The notes under the pieces were generated by a model. That model had not been told where the DNA came from, searched no databases, and saw only the letters and a program-made list of their open reading frames with translations. A DNA stretch of 64,000 nucleotides from positions 2,480,001-2,544,000 of the forward strand of contig CAKKNE010000006.1 of the NCBI GenBank assembly GCA_918797485.1, given 5' to 3'. The stretch is from Pelagomonas calceolata. Taxonomy: Eukaryota. Positions 10,701-20,360 of this stretch are shown here, one piece after another; positions within the stretch are counted from its first letter, which is position 1; each line of letters begins with the position of its first letter. A program made the position numbers and the translations under genes.

Positions 10701-13590
10701 AGCGCGACAGCCCCTTGGCGCACTTCTGGGCCAATGGAGCTTTCGTTTTAGGATCACGGGAAGCCAGAAATTGAATAGCAAACAGGGCCGCGCGACAGAC
10801 GCCGTCGCATCTATCGGAAGCCAAGGCGGCGCTCGGCGCCTCGATGAGCTGCTTCGTCGAGTGCATCCTTTCTAATCTTTTTCTATGTCGTCTCGAGTGA
10901 CATACTAACCACAGTAATAACATTGAAGACTGCGTCGTTAACTCACTCCTTGTATGAATAGATCCATAGGAAGAGAACGTGATGCGATCTAACGATAGTA
11001 TGAGAGAAGAGGGCGTCCTTTGTAAGTCGGGGTCTTGCGCGAACTCGGTCTCGACGGAGACCCGCCATAACACAGCGAGCACGTCCCGCCGACAAGCTAT
11101 CAGAGCTTCGTCGTCCTCTGGCTCTTTCTCTCTTAGCAACTCCCGGGCGAAAGGCATGATGTCCAGGTCTGAAGACTCGTACAACAACTCGAACTCCATG
11201 AGCATACGAATGGCACACAACGACGCCCGACAGACCGTCTCCAGTATCCGAGCATCCCTCGACATGCGCCCGGCCTTCTTCGCCGCCAAGGCCCCGATCT
11301 GACAGCACAAGCGGACGCCTCGCACTAAGACTTGTAAAGCGTCGTGGTCATTTTTCTGAGCAGCTTTACGACTGCATCGAACGAAGGCCACGAGCACGAA
11401 GACCAACGCATCAGACCGGGGACCGGCTCGCGTCGGCACGATCAAGCACTGCTGCCACTTTGCGACTGCGTCTAAGGCTGATACCAATTCCTCGCACTGC
11501 GCCGACGGCAAGGTACACGATGCCGAGACCAATGCTAGACACTGAGCTAGTGTCGAGACGACGCCACCCTCGCTGTTCGTGGAGATGAGGCGACAGATGC
11601 GCCGCCACGCACTCCTCCCGACGACCGCTTGTTGCCCTTCGGGTGTTTGTGCCGTCTCCAAGACAACAATAGCCAGGGCGAGTTGCGTCTGCGGGTCCTT
11701 CGAGTGTTGTATTTGCTCGAGGCAGCGCCAGATGCCACTAGGGGAGGGGTCGGCGTCGCCGCTTTGTAAACCCAAGGCCAGTAATTGGGAAGCGACCCTA
11801 CATGGTTCTTCAAAATCGAGGTCGTGGGACCGTTCCAAAGCTCGCGTGCACTCCTCCACCAACAACGCGCAAGCGTCGCCTTCGAGGCCCGGTTCCGAGG
11901 TCTTTGTTGCCGCTCTTAATGACAAAAAGGCGTGGGCCGCTCTCGTAGCTAGTTTCAGCGTTTCTAGCCGCTCTTCTCTCGAGGCTTGTGCGGCACGCGT
12001 ATCGCGGTCGTCTTCTATATGACCCTCGGTGATCGACGGCGCCGGGGCCGGCGCCGATTCGATCTCGACCTCGCGGAGGCCATCTCCCACACAAGCCCGG
12101 GCGCAGGCTCTTGAAAGATCAACACAAGCGCGCAACGCGTCGGCGAGGCCCGGTATTACCGTCGATGTCGCCACGCCCGCGAGCGACGCGACGTCAGCAT
12201 CTTTGGTCATACAAAGCCGCAACGCCACGGCGATGGCGTAGCGCGCCGCCTCCAGGGTCGGAAAGGTCCGCATCAGATCCGCTAACGCAAAAAGACCGCA
12301 GTCGTTCGTATAAGAACGCCGCGCTTTCCTCGACGTCGAAAAAACGTCGTACAGACCCCCCAACGCCAGTAACACGAGGTGGTCGTCGTGAAAGTAAGCG
12401 GACGCGGCCCCCTCGAGCACTTCCAACGACTCGCTACTATCTAGTTCAGAATGGCGGCACTGCCGCGCGAAGCATAGCAACGCACCTATGGCCACGTACG
12501 CGACGTCATCCACAATGTCCCTACCTTTGTCTGTTCGCCGTCCGACGAAGCCATGTCTATCACGCGTCGCCCGCCCCTTCTTTGTCTGAGTTATACTATG
12601 AGCCTTGTCGCGCAACCTCCTCATGCCTCTCAACTCTGAAGTATGCTGAGGATCAGGTACACCTCTCCGCAACAACTCGATCAACGCATGGACGTACCCA
12701 CAACTTTGCAAGCGAGAAGCCATCAGACAACTTTGATCAGCTAATCTCCAAGAGGCGCGAATACCGCTCACTAAAATTTCATCATTCATATCTAAACAAC
12801 AACGATGAACAAGTTGTCGCACCAATGAGTCAGAAACGCCGGGCAAGTTCTCGGGCCGCTCCGCGAACTCCCAGACTTCATCTAAAGTTCTTTTTATATC
12901 ATCAGTACTCTGAGGCTTTTCTAGATAATGCGCATACCGCTCCGAGAACTGTTCCGCCTTCCGCTGATACCTCTTGGAAGCGAACTTGTCCCAGGCCTTG
13001 ATCGTGTCGAGCCACTCCTTGTCTGACGTGATTTTCACGTGACCCGGGGCATGAAAAGACGCGTGGTCGCCCCGATCTTCGGCCTCCAGCTCGCGCCACC
13101 AGGCGTCCTCGTTGTCATCCTCACAGTACGGTCGACACAACACGAGGTCGTGGCCGAAGAGCTCCAAGGCTTGTTCTTTCACTTTGTCGAAATGATGGAA
13201 GTGCTTGCGTTCGATTTCCGCGTCTTTCAGTAGTGCGGGTAGCGTGTCCGTCGCTTCCCTAAATAACTTCACTTCGCTCCCGCGGATGTCGGCTTTTTTT
13301 CTCCTTTTCTTTTTTTTGGAATGATGCGCCTCGTGCGCGCGGAGCGCGTGGCCCCTTACGATCTTGTGGACGCGGCCGTCGGCTAGGGCTGTAGCCAGGA
13401 CGCCCTTCGGTAAAGCATCGAGGGCCTTTCGCGCGGCGGCGGCGGCGGCGGCGGCGGCCTCCGCGTCGGCTTTGCGCGCGGCCAGCCGCGTCGCCTCGGC
13501 CTGGGCAGCCTGCTCCTCATCAGACAATTGCGCGCTCTTGTCGGGCTTCGGCGGCGACTTGGCCTTCTTGCCCTTCTTCTTCTTCGCCAT
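7735..13590 (-). CDS. Large (1951 aa) armadillo/HEAT-like helical repeat protein with an EF-hand-like helical C-terminal region
   Basis: Uninterrupted 5.8-kb ORF. ARM-like segments EALHCLLNLS and ELAVSTLSNL; C-terminal MRHELVEALLRIA and WVTFLEAFVRL helices. Confidence 0.7.
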   Translation of the reverse strand: MAKKKKGKKAKSPPKPDKSAQLSDEEQAAQAEATRLAARKADAEAAAAAAAAARKALDALPKGVLATALADGRVHKIVRGHALRAHEAHHSKKKKRRKKADIRGSEVKLFREATDTLPALLKDAEIERKHFHHFDKVKEQALELFGHDLVLCRPYCEDDNEDAWWRELEAEDRGDHASFHAPGHVKITSDKEWLDTIKAWDKFASKRYQRKAEQFSERYAHYLEKPQSTDDIKRTLDEVWEFAERPENLPGVSDSLVRQLVHRCCLDMNDEILVSGIRASWRLADQSCLMASRLQSCGYVHALIELLRRGVPDPQHTSELRGMRRLRDKAHSITQTKKGRATRDRHGFVGRRTDKGRDIVDDVAYVAIGALLCFARQCRHSELDSSESLEVLEGAASAYFHDDHLVLLALGGLYDVFSTSRKARRSYTNDCGLFALADLMRTFPTLEAARYAIAVALRLCMTKDADVASLAGVATSTVIPGLADALRACVDLSRACARACVGDGLREVEIESAPAPAPSITEGHIEDDRDTRAAQASREERLETLKLATRAAHAFLSLRAATKTSEPGLEGDACALLVEECTRALERSHDLDFEEPCRVASQLLALGLQSGDADPSPSGIWRCLEQIQHSKDPQTQLALAIVVLETAQTPEGQQAVVGRSAWRRICRLISTNSEGGVVSTLAQCLALVSASCTLPSAQCEELVSALDAVAKWQQCLIVPTRAGPRSDALVFVLVAFVRCSRKAAQKNDHDALQVLVRGVRLCCQIGALAAKKAGRMSRDARILETVCRASLCAIRMLMEFELLYESSDLDIMPFARELLREKEPEDDEALIACRRDVLAVLWRVSVETEFAQDPDLQRTPSSLILSLDRITFSSYGSIHTRSELTTQSSMLLLWLVCHSRRHRKRLERMHSTKQLIEAPSAALASDRCDGVCRAALFAIQFLASRDPKTKAPLAQKCAKGLSRLVMMERSASFRKEALHCLLNLSTGGKDATTVLAEHGLAALVDVATAPDESDVDVVTRELAVSTLSNLQRDARARFLAYCQRLDAGFAPVVPRRLGSDEPENTPENLPRIKQNLTKRYETWFLETFKNDEYVPRLMRPYGPPQPSRPQSATYRKHPGKACTEWGRHASTLWTPQVEGEKDPYFAVRAVREPIPPRPKSAPSKRRQKCAALDATRPRAGSHRIGPAGRKGSVPTEKGHDPWTPLIVNAEAEKWPDDYSQASSMVAQQLDKICVVAPGGKPHCFTFNEARGGNMNWDQRAMRDTHLCAFKHVPGSVVGDMFSSYAFADPDGGPDQRYHLHHASRVPCEVLDPGAWLRPTEPQLWSDDDALSDLKTPALDTLEDIDPLSERDVVDCPRCHRHHMPHLRSMELLGHSRTPLGMLPRYTLHLLVEYVPPPPPVVHVETPRPVWKLAESIYAPRIKEADSHGFYNPEKVHARMLAQDLRILEEQPRWPKFINRLAGQLPDGSGTEAIVEAIRHEMLPMYRLLSQCMEYYGYRSSNADPFDMSQNAFFSLLRDASLLEDKRSLRRGASMRGPAPAPQEQPHSLGGVTMIREGLHHLAEEEHHRHEAEGTKITSELAQRIFVQVNVEVGNKDSKLNAANDDTAMMRHELVEALLRIAVAKGNVEQHAREHPEHAVEILSDALHHVLRDHLLHLPHDVVVDADEFRRRKLYCEEVDTALLRHKSILRGLFELYSGMHPIAGRTLFGLKEWFLFVEHSGLYARNLSRSEATHAFVFSRMKFIDEGAPKFRALSWVTFLEAFVRLVDRSVQVPSAKDMRELGCTQLTEFYEALTQRCDHSTDESDADVERVHRYMDPDTSCTLAEKVSLTLIYCFQNLVIKYRGTVRTQTHSVRMGHFLSPQQQDRWFSIRGYKTRRADVEVRMKTTKHQSHVVRRDEDNALEALGAVADGADVEWAREHGLHSMGGVSRLREGLHHLAEEEHHRHEGHK

Positions 13591-13744
13591 CGCTTTGCAC
13601 GCTGCCCCGTGGGGCTTGCGATGCTGCCCAGGCGCTAGCCTCTCACAGCGCCACGACTCGCGGGCGACGTGGGAACTCGCACTAAGACTCGTCCGGCGGC
13701 TCGGGCGGATGCGTGGTTGACGTCGAAAGAGCGATTCTTGCTTG

Positions 13745-13769
13745 CTAGTGTGTCTTACGTGCCGCTAGC
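13745..13769 (+). promoter_or_regulatory. CTAG-bipartite intergenic motif, copy 3
   Basis: CTAGTGTGTCTTACGTGCCGCTAGC, between divergent genes. Confidence 0.65.
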
Positions 13770-13946
13770 CGCGATGGCATGAACTTTGAAGGCGGCACGA
13801 CGCGAGCTGTGCATACCCACAGCTTGTAAACACGCTTTGAAAATCAGCAAAATCATCCATTTCAAACGCTGCGGCGCTCGCTTGCTCGTCTCCGCGCGGC
13901 CGCACTACAAGCAGGCTGCTCTCTCTCAGCACTGTGACGCCGAGGC

Positions 13947-14933
13947 ATGGCGCGCACGTTCTCATTGATAGCGCTCCTCTACAGTGCAAGCGCAGCACGC
14001 AGGGGAGCAAGCAGACCGCCGCCCTGCCCCTACAAGGAGTTAGGAGTAACAAAAACGGCGTCCGACGACGACATCAAGCGGGCCTACAAAGCAGCAGCGC
14101 TCAAGTTACATCCGGATAAGGCGCCGCCCAACAAACGGCAGACATACGAGGCGAAGTTCAAGCGCGTCAACGCGGCCTACCAGAAAGTTCGCGACGCCGA
14201 CGCGCGGCGAAAACACGCACGCGAGACCCCAGGGTCGCCGTTTCGAGCTCCACCACCAGCCCAGGAGCTGCGCGTGCCTCTGCGCGTGTCCGTCGAGGAC
14301 TTGTTGAGAGGCGCGACGCGCTACGCGGTGATTTCATCATCTGGTTTTACGTTCCTGTTACCTGTCAAAATTGAGGTGGGCATGCGTCCTGGAGATATTG
14401 TGGATAGAAAAGCACACGGCGACACTATCTTGACTGTGGTCCTCGAGCAGAAGCCTGGGTTATATAGGGTCGACGGCGAGGACTTGCATCGAAGCGCCTG
14501 GCTGCAGCAGTGGTCAAAACCGACGTCCTTGAGGTTACGGGCGCCCGGGGGCCGCTTCCCTTTCCTGGGGAAGGATGATGTGGTCGTGCTGCCGCGCAAG
14601 GGCAAGAAATGGGGAGACGGCTTTCGGCTCCGCAAGAAAGGTAGGGGTTTGTACGCCAAAGGTGGCCTGGAGCGCGGCGACTTGGTCGTGACCGTGCGGC
14701 GGCGATCATTACGAGGCTCTCTTGCAGTACTTGCGGCGAGATTGAGCCCGCTCGTTGCGGTCATAACCGCAATTCAGAACCGGACGCGTACGATACAGCA
14801 AGCGCGTCAAGCGCGAGATCTAGCAAAAAAACACGGTCCTGGAATACTGGAGGGCTTCTCGTCGTTTTTGGCCGCGCGGCGCGTCTTCGACGACCTCCAG
14901 CGCTACGCGGGCGCGCCCGCGACGCAATGGTAA
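13947..14933 (+). CDS. DnaJ/Hsp40 family protein
   Basis: J domain YKELGV...DIKRAYKAAALKLHPDK...FKRVNAAY; C-terminal GKGRGL...RGDLVV; signal-peptide-like N-terminus. Confidence 0.88.
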   Translation: MARTFSLIALLYSASAARRGASRPPPCPYKELGVTKTASDDDIKRAYKAAALKLHPDKAPPNKRQTYEAKFKRVNAAYQKVRDADARRKHARETPGSPFRAPPPAQELRVPLRVSVEDLLRGATRYAVISSSGFTFLLPVKIEVGMRPGDIVDRKAHGDTILTVVLEQKPGLYRVDGEDLHRSAWLQQWSKPTSLRLRAPGGRFPFLGKDDVVVLPRKGKKWGDGFRLRKKGRGLYAKGGLERGDLVVTVRRRSLRGSLAVLAARLSPLVAVITAIQNRTRTIQQARQARDLAKKHGPGILEGFSSFLAARRVFDDLQRYAGAPATQW

Positions 14934-14951
14934 TGTATAATGTGAATAGTA

Positions 14952-15809
14952 TTACAAAACATGGCCCGGGTCGAGCATCCGCAGCACGGTCCCATAATCA
15001 ATGTCTCCGTTCGCCTCCGGGTTGAGGTCGTCGCATACTTGATCCGCCTCACTCCTTGGAAGCTTGGGCCCGAAGTTCCGCAGAGCTGAAGATAGAGTAT
15101 CCCGATGGATCCGAGAAGACCCATCTAAATGATTGTGACTAAGCCCTCGCCTCAGATCCTCGAAGGCCTGCTGCACCTCATACACCGTGTATTTCGACAT
15201 GGTAGGCCTCAAAATAGTTTGACAAAACTCCCCAAAATCCACTTCTCCGCTTCCATCGGCATCTACTTCAGACATAATAACTTTGACCGTTTCATCTGAA
15301 GAGTCCATACCTACTAATCTCATCAGAGATTGCATCTCCCCAAAGTCGATTTCTCCGCTCCCATCCTTGTCGATCAAGTCGAAGACGTCCCTCATTTCTC
15401 GGACTTCGCTCGGGGAGATCCCAAGCTTGTTCCCGACGTCCGTCAAATGATGATCTGACGACGCCTGGCTCGGCGCCGTCGTCGGCCGCGAACCCACCGA
15501 CGAATGGCGACTCCTCCTCAAGTCTTCTTGCGACCGGCGACACGTCTCCCGAAATCTTTCGGCGGCATCACCCTTCGACATGCGTTCCTTGCGCACGATT
15601 TCGGCCGCTCGTGCCTTCAGGAGGCGCTGCTTCTCTACTCGTCGTCGTTCCTCCTCTTCCTTGGCCCGTCGCTCGTCCTCTTCCTTTGCCCGTCGCTCGC
15701 GCTCCGCCTCGGCCGCCGCGTCGGCCTCTGCAGGAGCAGGGGCAGCCGCTTCCCCGTCGGACGCGTCGCGGGGCATGGTTGCGGCCTCTTCCTCGTCGAG
15801 CAGGGGCAT
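14952..15809 (-). CDS. EF-hand calmodulin/centrin-like protein with a charged N-terminal extension
   Basis: Canonical EF-hands DKDGSGEIDFGE and DADGSGEVDFGE, plus a degenerate C-lobe. The start could instead be at 15953. Confidence 0.8.
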   Translation of the reverse strand: MPLLDEEEAATMPRDASDGEAAAPAPAEADAAAEAERERRAKEEDERRAKEEEERRRVEKQRLLKARAAEIVRKERMSKGDAAERFRETCRRSQEDLRRSRHSSVGSRPTTAPSQASSDHHLTDVGNKLGISPSEVREMRDVFDLIDKDGSGEIDFGEMQSLMRLVGMDSSDETVKVIMSEVDADGSGEVDFGEFCQTILRPTMSKYTVYEVQQAFEDLRRGLSHNHLDGSSRIHRDTLSSALRNFGPKLPRSEADQVCDDLNPEANGDIDYGTVLRMLDPGHVL

Positions 15810-16219
15810 GGTTGCGGCCTCGGTGGCGCGCGCCGCGCGTCGCGGGGCTGCCCTTTGCACAGCGCTGTGAGACGCTTTTTGCTTGGGCAGGGTGCGGGTC
15901 TCCACCCGGACGCGTCCGCCCACCGGTCGAAGTGGTCGAGCGGCGTCGGACATGGCTCGGAGGCGCCGGGTTTGCGACCGGCCCGCCCCGCACCGAGGCT
16001 TTGATCGCGCACCAGGCAGTGCTTTCCGCTTAAAAAAGCTGGCCCGCGCGGCACCACCGGACGCCAGCGCTCGTCCCGCGACGCGTTTTGCACGTATCAA
16101 GCTGCCCCGGCGCCGCCACGCCGCGAGGAACTGCCAAAAAATAAGTGCAGCAAACTACTGGGCGCAGCGCCCCCGACGCCGTCGCCGCGCCCCATCAATT
16201 GACACACGCATCGATCAAA

Positions 16220-17125
16220 ATGGCCTCCTTCCCCCGCCCGCCGGGCATGGGCGAGACGGGCATCTTCACGCCGGGCGTCGGCGGCTGCGGCGCGGAACTG
16301 AAACGATTTCAAGCGCTGCAGGGCTGCAACAAGCGAGCTGCTGATCAAGAGATGAAAAGAGGCGCGCTGCTCGTAGGACTAGCGCGGAAGGGCGACGTCG
16401 ACCGGTTACACTTGGCCGTGAGATCGGGACCGAGACCGTGGTTCTGGTTCTCGTGCCAGATGTTCAAGGAAGCGGCCGTTAATGGGCAGATCAAAATTCT
16501 GAAGTACATGCTCGTGCATGGCATTCAGCTCGACCGGCCGCCTTTGGACGAGTGCCTGTGCACGTTATGTGAAGCCTGTGACGATACGGACGGGGGTGCG
16601 AGTGTCGTGGCCGCGGCGCGTTACTTAGTTACACAAGGCGGCGCCGACGTCAACAAGGTACGAAGGAGGGACTGGCGCGGGCCTCTTCACATTTGTTCTG
16701 TGAGGAATTTGCATGAGCTAGGGGCGTTCCTAGTGGACGCGGGCGCGGACGTCAATGCCGTTGCTAAAGACGACTCGACGCCTCTCGGCTTATGTGCAGA
16801 GGGTGCGTTAATGGACGTCTTGAAAGCGCGAGGCGCGCGTACGACGTGGCGGCGCGATGCCGAACCGACGCAACCGCCGCCTCCGCAAAAGAAGCGCACG
16901 GCGCCGCTCGTCACTGCCGGAGCGACGGCATCCTCGACCGTGGTCGAGGACGGTCACGTGCGGCCCGAGCGCAAGCTCACGTCCAAGACCACCAAAGAAA
17001 TTAGTGCGGAGGTCGCGCGCGAGCTCGCATCGTTGGAAATCGACGAGGGCTTCCGCTTCGACACGGGCATGGGCCCCGACGACCTCGTGCCTTCCATCAG
17101 GTTCGGGCCCGTGGATAAGAGCTAG
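16220..17125 (+). CDS. Ankyrin-repeat protein
   Basis: GADVNK...PLHICS...FLVDAGADVNAVAKDDSTPL. Confidence 0.8.
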   Translation: MASFPRPPGMGETGIFTPGVGGCGAELKRFQALQGCNKRAADQEMKRGALLVGLARKGDVDRLHLAVRSGPRPWFWFSCQMFKEAAVNGQIKILKYMLVHGIQLDRPPLDECLCTLCEACDDTDGGASVVAAARYLVTQGGADVNKVRRRDWRGPLHICSVRNLHELGAFLVDAGADVNAVAKDDSTPLGLCAEGALMDVLKARGARTTWRRDAEPTQPPPPQKKRTAPLVTAGATASSTVVEDGHVRPERKLTSKTTKEISAEVARELASLEIDEGFRFDTGMGPDDLVPSIRFGPVDKS

Positions 17126-17142
17126 TCACATTAGTAGTATAT

Positions 17143-18089
17143 TTACAGGGTCTGGCGGAAGTGCTCGCGGACCTCGAGCTTCTTCGCCTTTTTCTGCGCG
17201 GGAACGATCGGTGAGTGATGGGTCGCGCATCGCAAGTTTTTGAAGGCACCGCATGGGACGCCGGAGGCACCTTCTCCTTTTTTTTGCGGTTGATCTCGGC
17301 GCGCCGCAAGGCCTCATTCTTCTCCGCTTGTTGTGCTTTGCGCGCGGCGATGTCTGGTCTTGCGACGGCCGGCCGCCGCGGCTTCGGGGCCGCCCGCTTC
17401 CAGTCGTCGACGCTCTGGACCGGGTCGAACGCGTCGTCGTCATCATCAGTCGGGGCGCGTGGCCGCGGCTTCGCCGTCAGCGACGCCGCGTGCGACGTCC
17501 GCGGCTCGGTGGGCGCCGGCGCGCCGCCCTTGGAGTAGGCGACGAGGCCGTCGAGCTCCGGCGCCGGCGCGGCCGGGGCAACTGGCTTTGCAGGCACAGC
17601 TTGTGCCGCGGTGCCGCCGACGCGCCGGATGAACGCCGCTGCGACGCCCGTCTCCGTCGCGCCGTCGTCGTATTTGAGAGCATACGAGTACTTGCCGCCG
17701 CCGAGCGGTTTTGACCCCGTGATTGTCGCCGGGAAGTAGTCCTCGCCGCCGCCGAAGCGCGCCTCGACCTTGTCGCCGTCCGCGAACGCGGCGGGTGCTG
17801 ACGTCGTCGCGAGCGGCCGGCGCGGCTTCGGCTTGGGGCGCGGCGGCGGCGCCGCTTTCGGGACGCGTACGGGAAGTGGGTCCGCTGCAGGTGCAGGTGC
17901 TGGCGCTGGTGCTGGCGCGGGTGCGGGCGGCGGCGCCGGCGCGGCGGCCGCGGCCGGCTCCTTCGACTTCTTCTTATTGGCTTTGCGCCCTCGGTGCGCT
18001 TTCTTCTTGGGTTTGCTCGGTGCTAATAGCACGTACCACGCGGCTGCCGGCAGGGCAATGATCGCTGCGGCTTTGGCCAGGGTCTCCAT
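17143..18089 (-). CDS. Membrane-anchored Tudor/Agenet-domain protein; GT-AG intron at 17270-17194
   Basis: N-terminal hydrophobic anchor and FADGDKVEARFGGGEDYFPATI...YALKYDDG Tudor-like motif. Splicing gives KKKEK|KKAKKLEVREHFRQTL*. Confidence 0.7.
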
Positions 18090-18229
18090 TATTGGTGGTT
18101 TTGCGTGGCACCAACGAATGCAAAGTGCTGTCGCCTTCGCAAACAGTGCAGTGATGCACCACACAATCGCGAGGACCACTTGTGCTGTCGTTTGGCTGCT
18201 GCAAAGCTTTTTTTGGGCTTGAGCACCGA

Positions 18230-18250
18230 GCTAGCGGAGTAAGACACTAG
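18230..18250 (-). promoter_or_regulatory. CTAG-bipartite intergenic motif, copy 4
   Basis: Minus strand CTAGTGTCTTACTCCGCTAGC, between divergent genes. Confidence 0.7.
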
Positions 18251-18419
18251 CAAGCAAAATCCTCCCCGACTGCAGCAGCTCGCACGACTGCCTGCAGCGC
18301 TGACAAGCTGCCGCACGTGCAATCCGGCTGTCGTGGGCAGCCTCCCAAAAGCGCTGTCCTGGGCAGCAGGGATCAGGCTCAGGCTCAGGCTAATTACGTC
18401 GGATCGCCTGTAGGAGAGG

Positions 18420-19775
18420 ATGTCCTGGTTCCTTGAGGATGACCAGGTGAAGGCCCAAGGCGAGGGCGCGATCCTGGTCCTCGTCCCGCCCGGTGCGGCG
18501 CCGGGAGCGTGGATACGCACGGACACTGATGCGTCGACCGGCCCAATCGACGTCCAGATCCCGCGGGGCGTATGGCCCTATGGGTATTTCGAAGTCCAGG
18601 ACCCGAAGAACCCGTACCCGGTTACGGTCCGATTCGAGGTCCCTGCGACCGTCGCCGCGGGCGATCTGGTGCAGGTGCCGCGGCCCGGCGGGGGGCTGGT
18701 GCCTGTCCGCGTGCCGGCGGGCGCGGAGCCCGGAGACTCGGCCGAGGTCTCGCTGGGGGCGAACTATACGAACTCTGGGTCCGTGGACCAAGTCTCGCCT
18801 GAGCACGTCTCGCTGACCGAGCGGACAAAACAGCCCACCTGTTGCCAGTGTTGCGGCGATAGCGACATGACCGATTTCAACCAGCACAAGAGCGGGTGCT
18901 TCGTCAACGATTGCTGGGGGTTTCCCTGCTTCTGCTTGAAGACGAATCGGCAGCGCGCGGCCCTCGTCCTCGAGAAGTTCAGGGCGGTGCCGGTGGACAT
19001 AGCTTCGCCGGGCGACGCCGTCGCGGTGGCCGGGCGCGTCGTCGCGACGGATGGCGTGCTGCATGCGCCGTGTTCTGGGCGCAGCTGCGTCTATTTCGAG
19101 GTGGGCACCGGGAGCGAAGGAGAAGGCTACTACGTCGTCACGCAAGGAGTCGATTTTTCCCTTGAGGCGGGCGACCGTGGTTTCCTTGAGGCGGGCGACC
19201 GTGGTCACGGACCTGTCCGCTCGTGCCGAGTCAGCCAGAATGCCAGCGACGGGCTGCGCGCCACCTTCAAACACGACTCTAGGTATTTCGCGGGCACATG
19301 GCAACGGGGCGCGGACGGGACTGTGGCCCAAGGCACCCTGCCGCCGGCGCTCGTCGACGTCTTCAAGGAACGGTGGCCCGGCGTATCCTGGGAAAACAAA
19401 ACCTTTTTCGAGAAGGCCTTCGTCGTCGGGGAGCCGCTCACGTGCCTCGGCCGCCTCGAGCGGCAGTATTTTGAATACGGCGGTAATAATCCGCAAGTGA
19501 AGCTCTTCCTCACGCCGGCCGCGCGGGGCGCCGCCGACAAAACGGGCTGGAGCTGCACCGAGAGGCGGTCGTGGAACGCGCTGCTCGCCCCGGGTCGCGC
19601 CCGAGTCCTCGCCTCGGACGACCCCAAGCATCTACCAGAAAAGCTACGCAAGCTCGAGGCGCCGCTGCCCGAGGCCATCGGCGAGCGGGGCAACCCGCCC
19701 GGAGGCAGCGCTGGCGGCGACGTGAACACGACCGACTGTTGTGTTGTGTGCCTCGGTGCCATCTGCGGTGGCTGA
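18420..19775 (+). CDS. Hypothetical protein with VPxGxxPG beta-repeats, a Cys-rich linker and a possible GIDE-like domain
   Basis: 451-aa ORF with repeated VPPGAAPG/VPAGAEPG units. VAVAGRVV...LHAPCSGRSCVYFEV resembles the GIDE (E3 ligase-associated) domain (inference). Confidence 0.6.
   Translation: MSWFLEDDQVKAQGEGAILVLVPPGAAPGAWIRTDTDASTGPIDVQIPRGVWPYGYFEVQDPKNPYPVTVRFEVPATVAAGDLVQVPRPGGGLVPVRVPAGAEPGDSAEVSLGANYTNSGSVDQVSPEHVSLTERTKQPTCCQCCGDSDMTDFNQHKSGCFVNDCWGFPCFCLKTNRQRAALVLEKFRAVPVDIASPGDAVAVAGRVVATDGVLHAPCSGRSCVYFEVGTGSEGEGYYVVTQGVDFSLEAGDRGFLEAGDRGHGPVRSCRVSQNASDGLRATFKHDSRYFAGTWQRGADGTVAQGTLPPALVDVFKERWPGVSWENKTFFEKAFVVGEPLTCLGRLERQYFEYGGNNPQVKLFLTPAARGAADKTGWSCTERRSWNALLAPGRARVLASDDPKHLPEKLRKLEAPLPEAIGERGNPPGGSAGGDVNTTDCCVVCLGAICGG
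19158..19205 (+). repeat. In-frame 24-bp tandem duplication
   Basis: CTTGAGGCGGGCGACCGTGGT core occurs twice (LEAGDRG x2). Confidence 0.9.
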
Positions 19776-19862
19776 TGCCACCCTCCCCTCTTCTTCGACA
19801 CACCTATCCTTTCACTCCTAGTTTTCTCATCCCTACTTAAGATTAATACCAAGACCGCGCGA

Positions 19863-20150
19863 TCAGCACGAGGTGCTAATGCGCCCCACGTTCTTGCGTG
19901 TAAATGCCTCCATGCAAGCATCGGCATCGATCTCTCCTCGGGCGAGAGCGAGTACAGCCCGCGCGCGCCGCAGGTCGTCTTGGAAATTGAGGTGCTTGGG
20001 ATGCGTGGGGCCCATAACGCGTCGCGAGATGCGCACGCAATCTTCGCACGTCGCCACGGCATCGACGAGGTTCTTCTCGTCGGAGGCGGCGCGTTCATCC
20101 ATGTAAATAGCTTGCGCCCAGGATCCGCGCAGGTTGAGCGTGATGTCGAT
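19863..20150 (-). pseudogene. Orphan C-terminal fragment of the pelagophyte MYND/RING-v/TPR-like family
   Basis: IDITLNLRGSWAQAIYMD...LVDAVATCEDCVRISRRVMGPTHP...LRRARAVL resembles the C-terminal RRVxGxxHP module of that family as I recall it; no matching 5' part lies upstream. Confidence 0.5.
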
Positions 20151-20360
20151 TGGTGGCGCGGGGCGTCGGGCGGTTCGCGGCGTGCAAGGGCTCGGCCGCG
20201 GAGTTCGTCGCGCCGATCACGATGCGGCACCGGCTGCCCTTCGCGCACTACGCGGCGCCGTATGCCGCGGTGCTGGCTTGTAAATCCGCAGATGACTGCT
20301 CGGAGTTTTGCGAGGAAGCGGGCTTGTGCACGGCGTAAGGAGACACATTTAGTTACACGA

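Noticed and set aside
15773..15818. Duplicated start context GCCGCAACCATGCCC (EAATMP x2)
   Set aside because: A short local duplication that only makes the start codon ambiguous.
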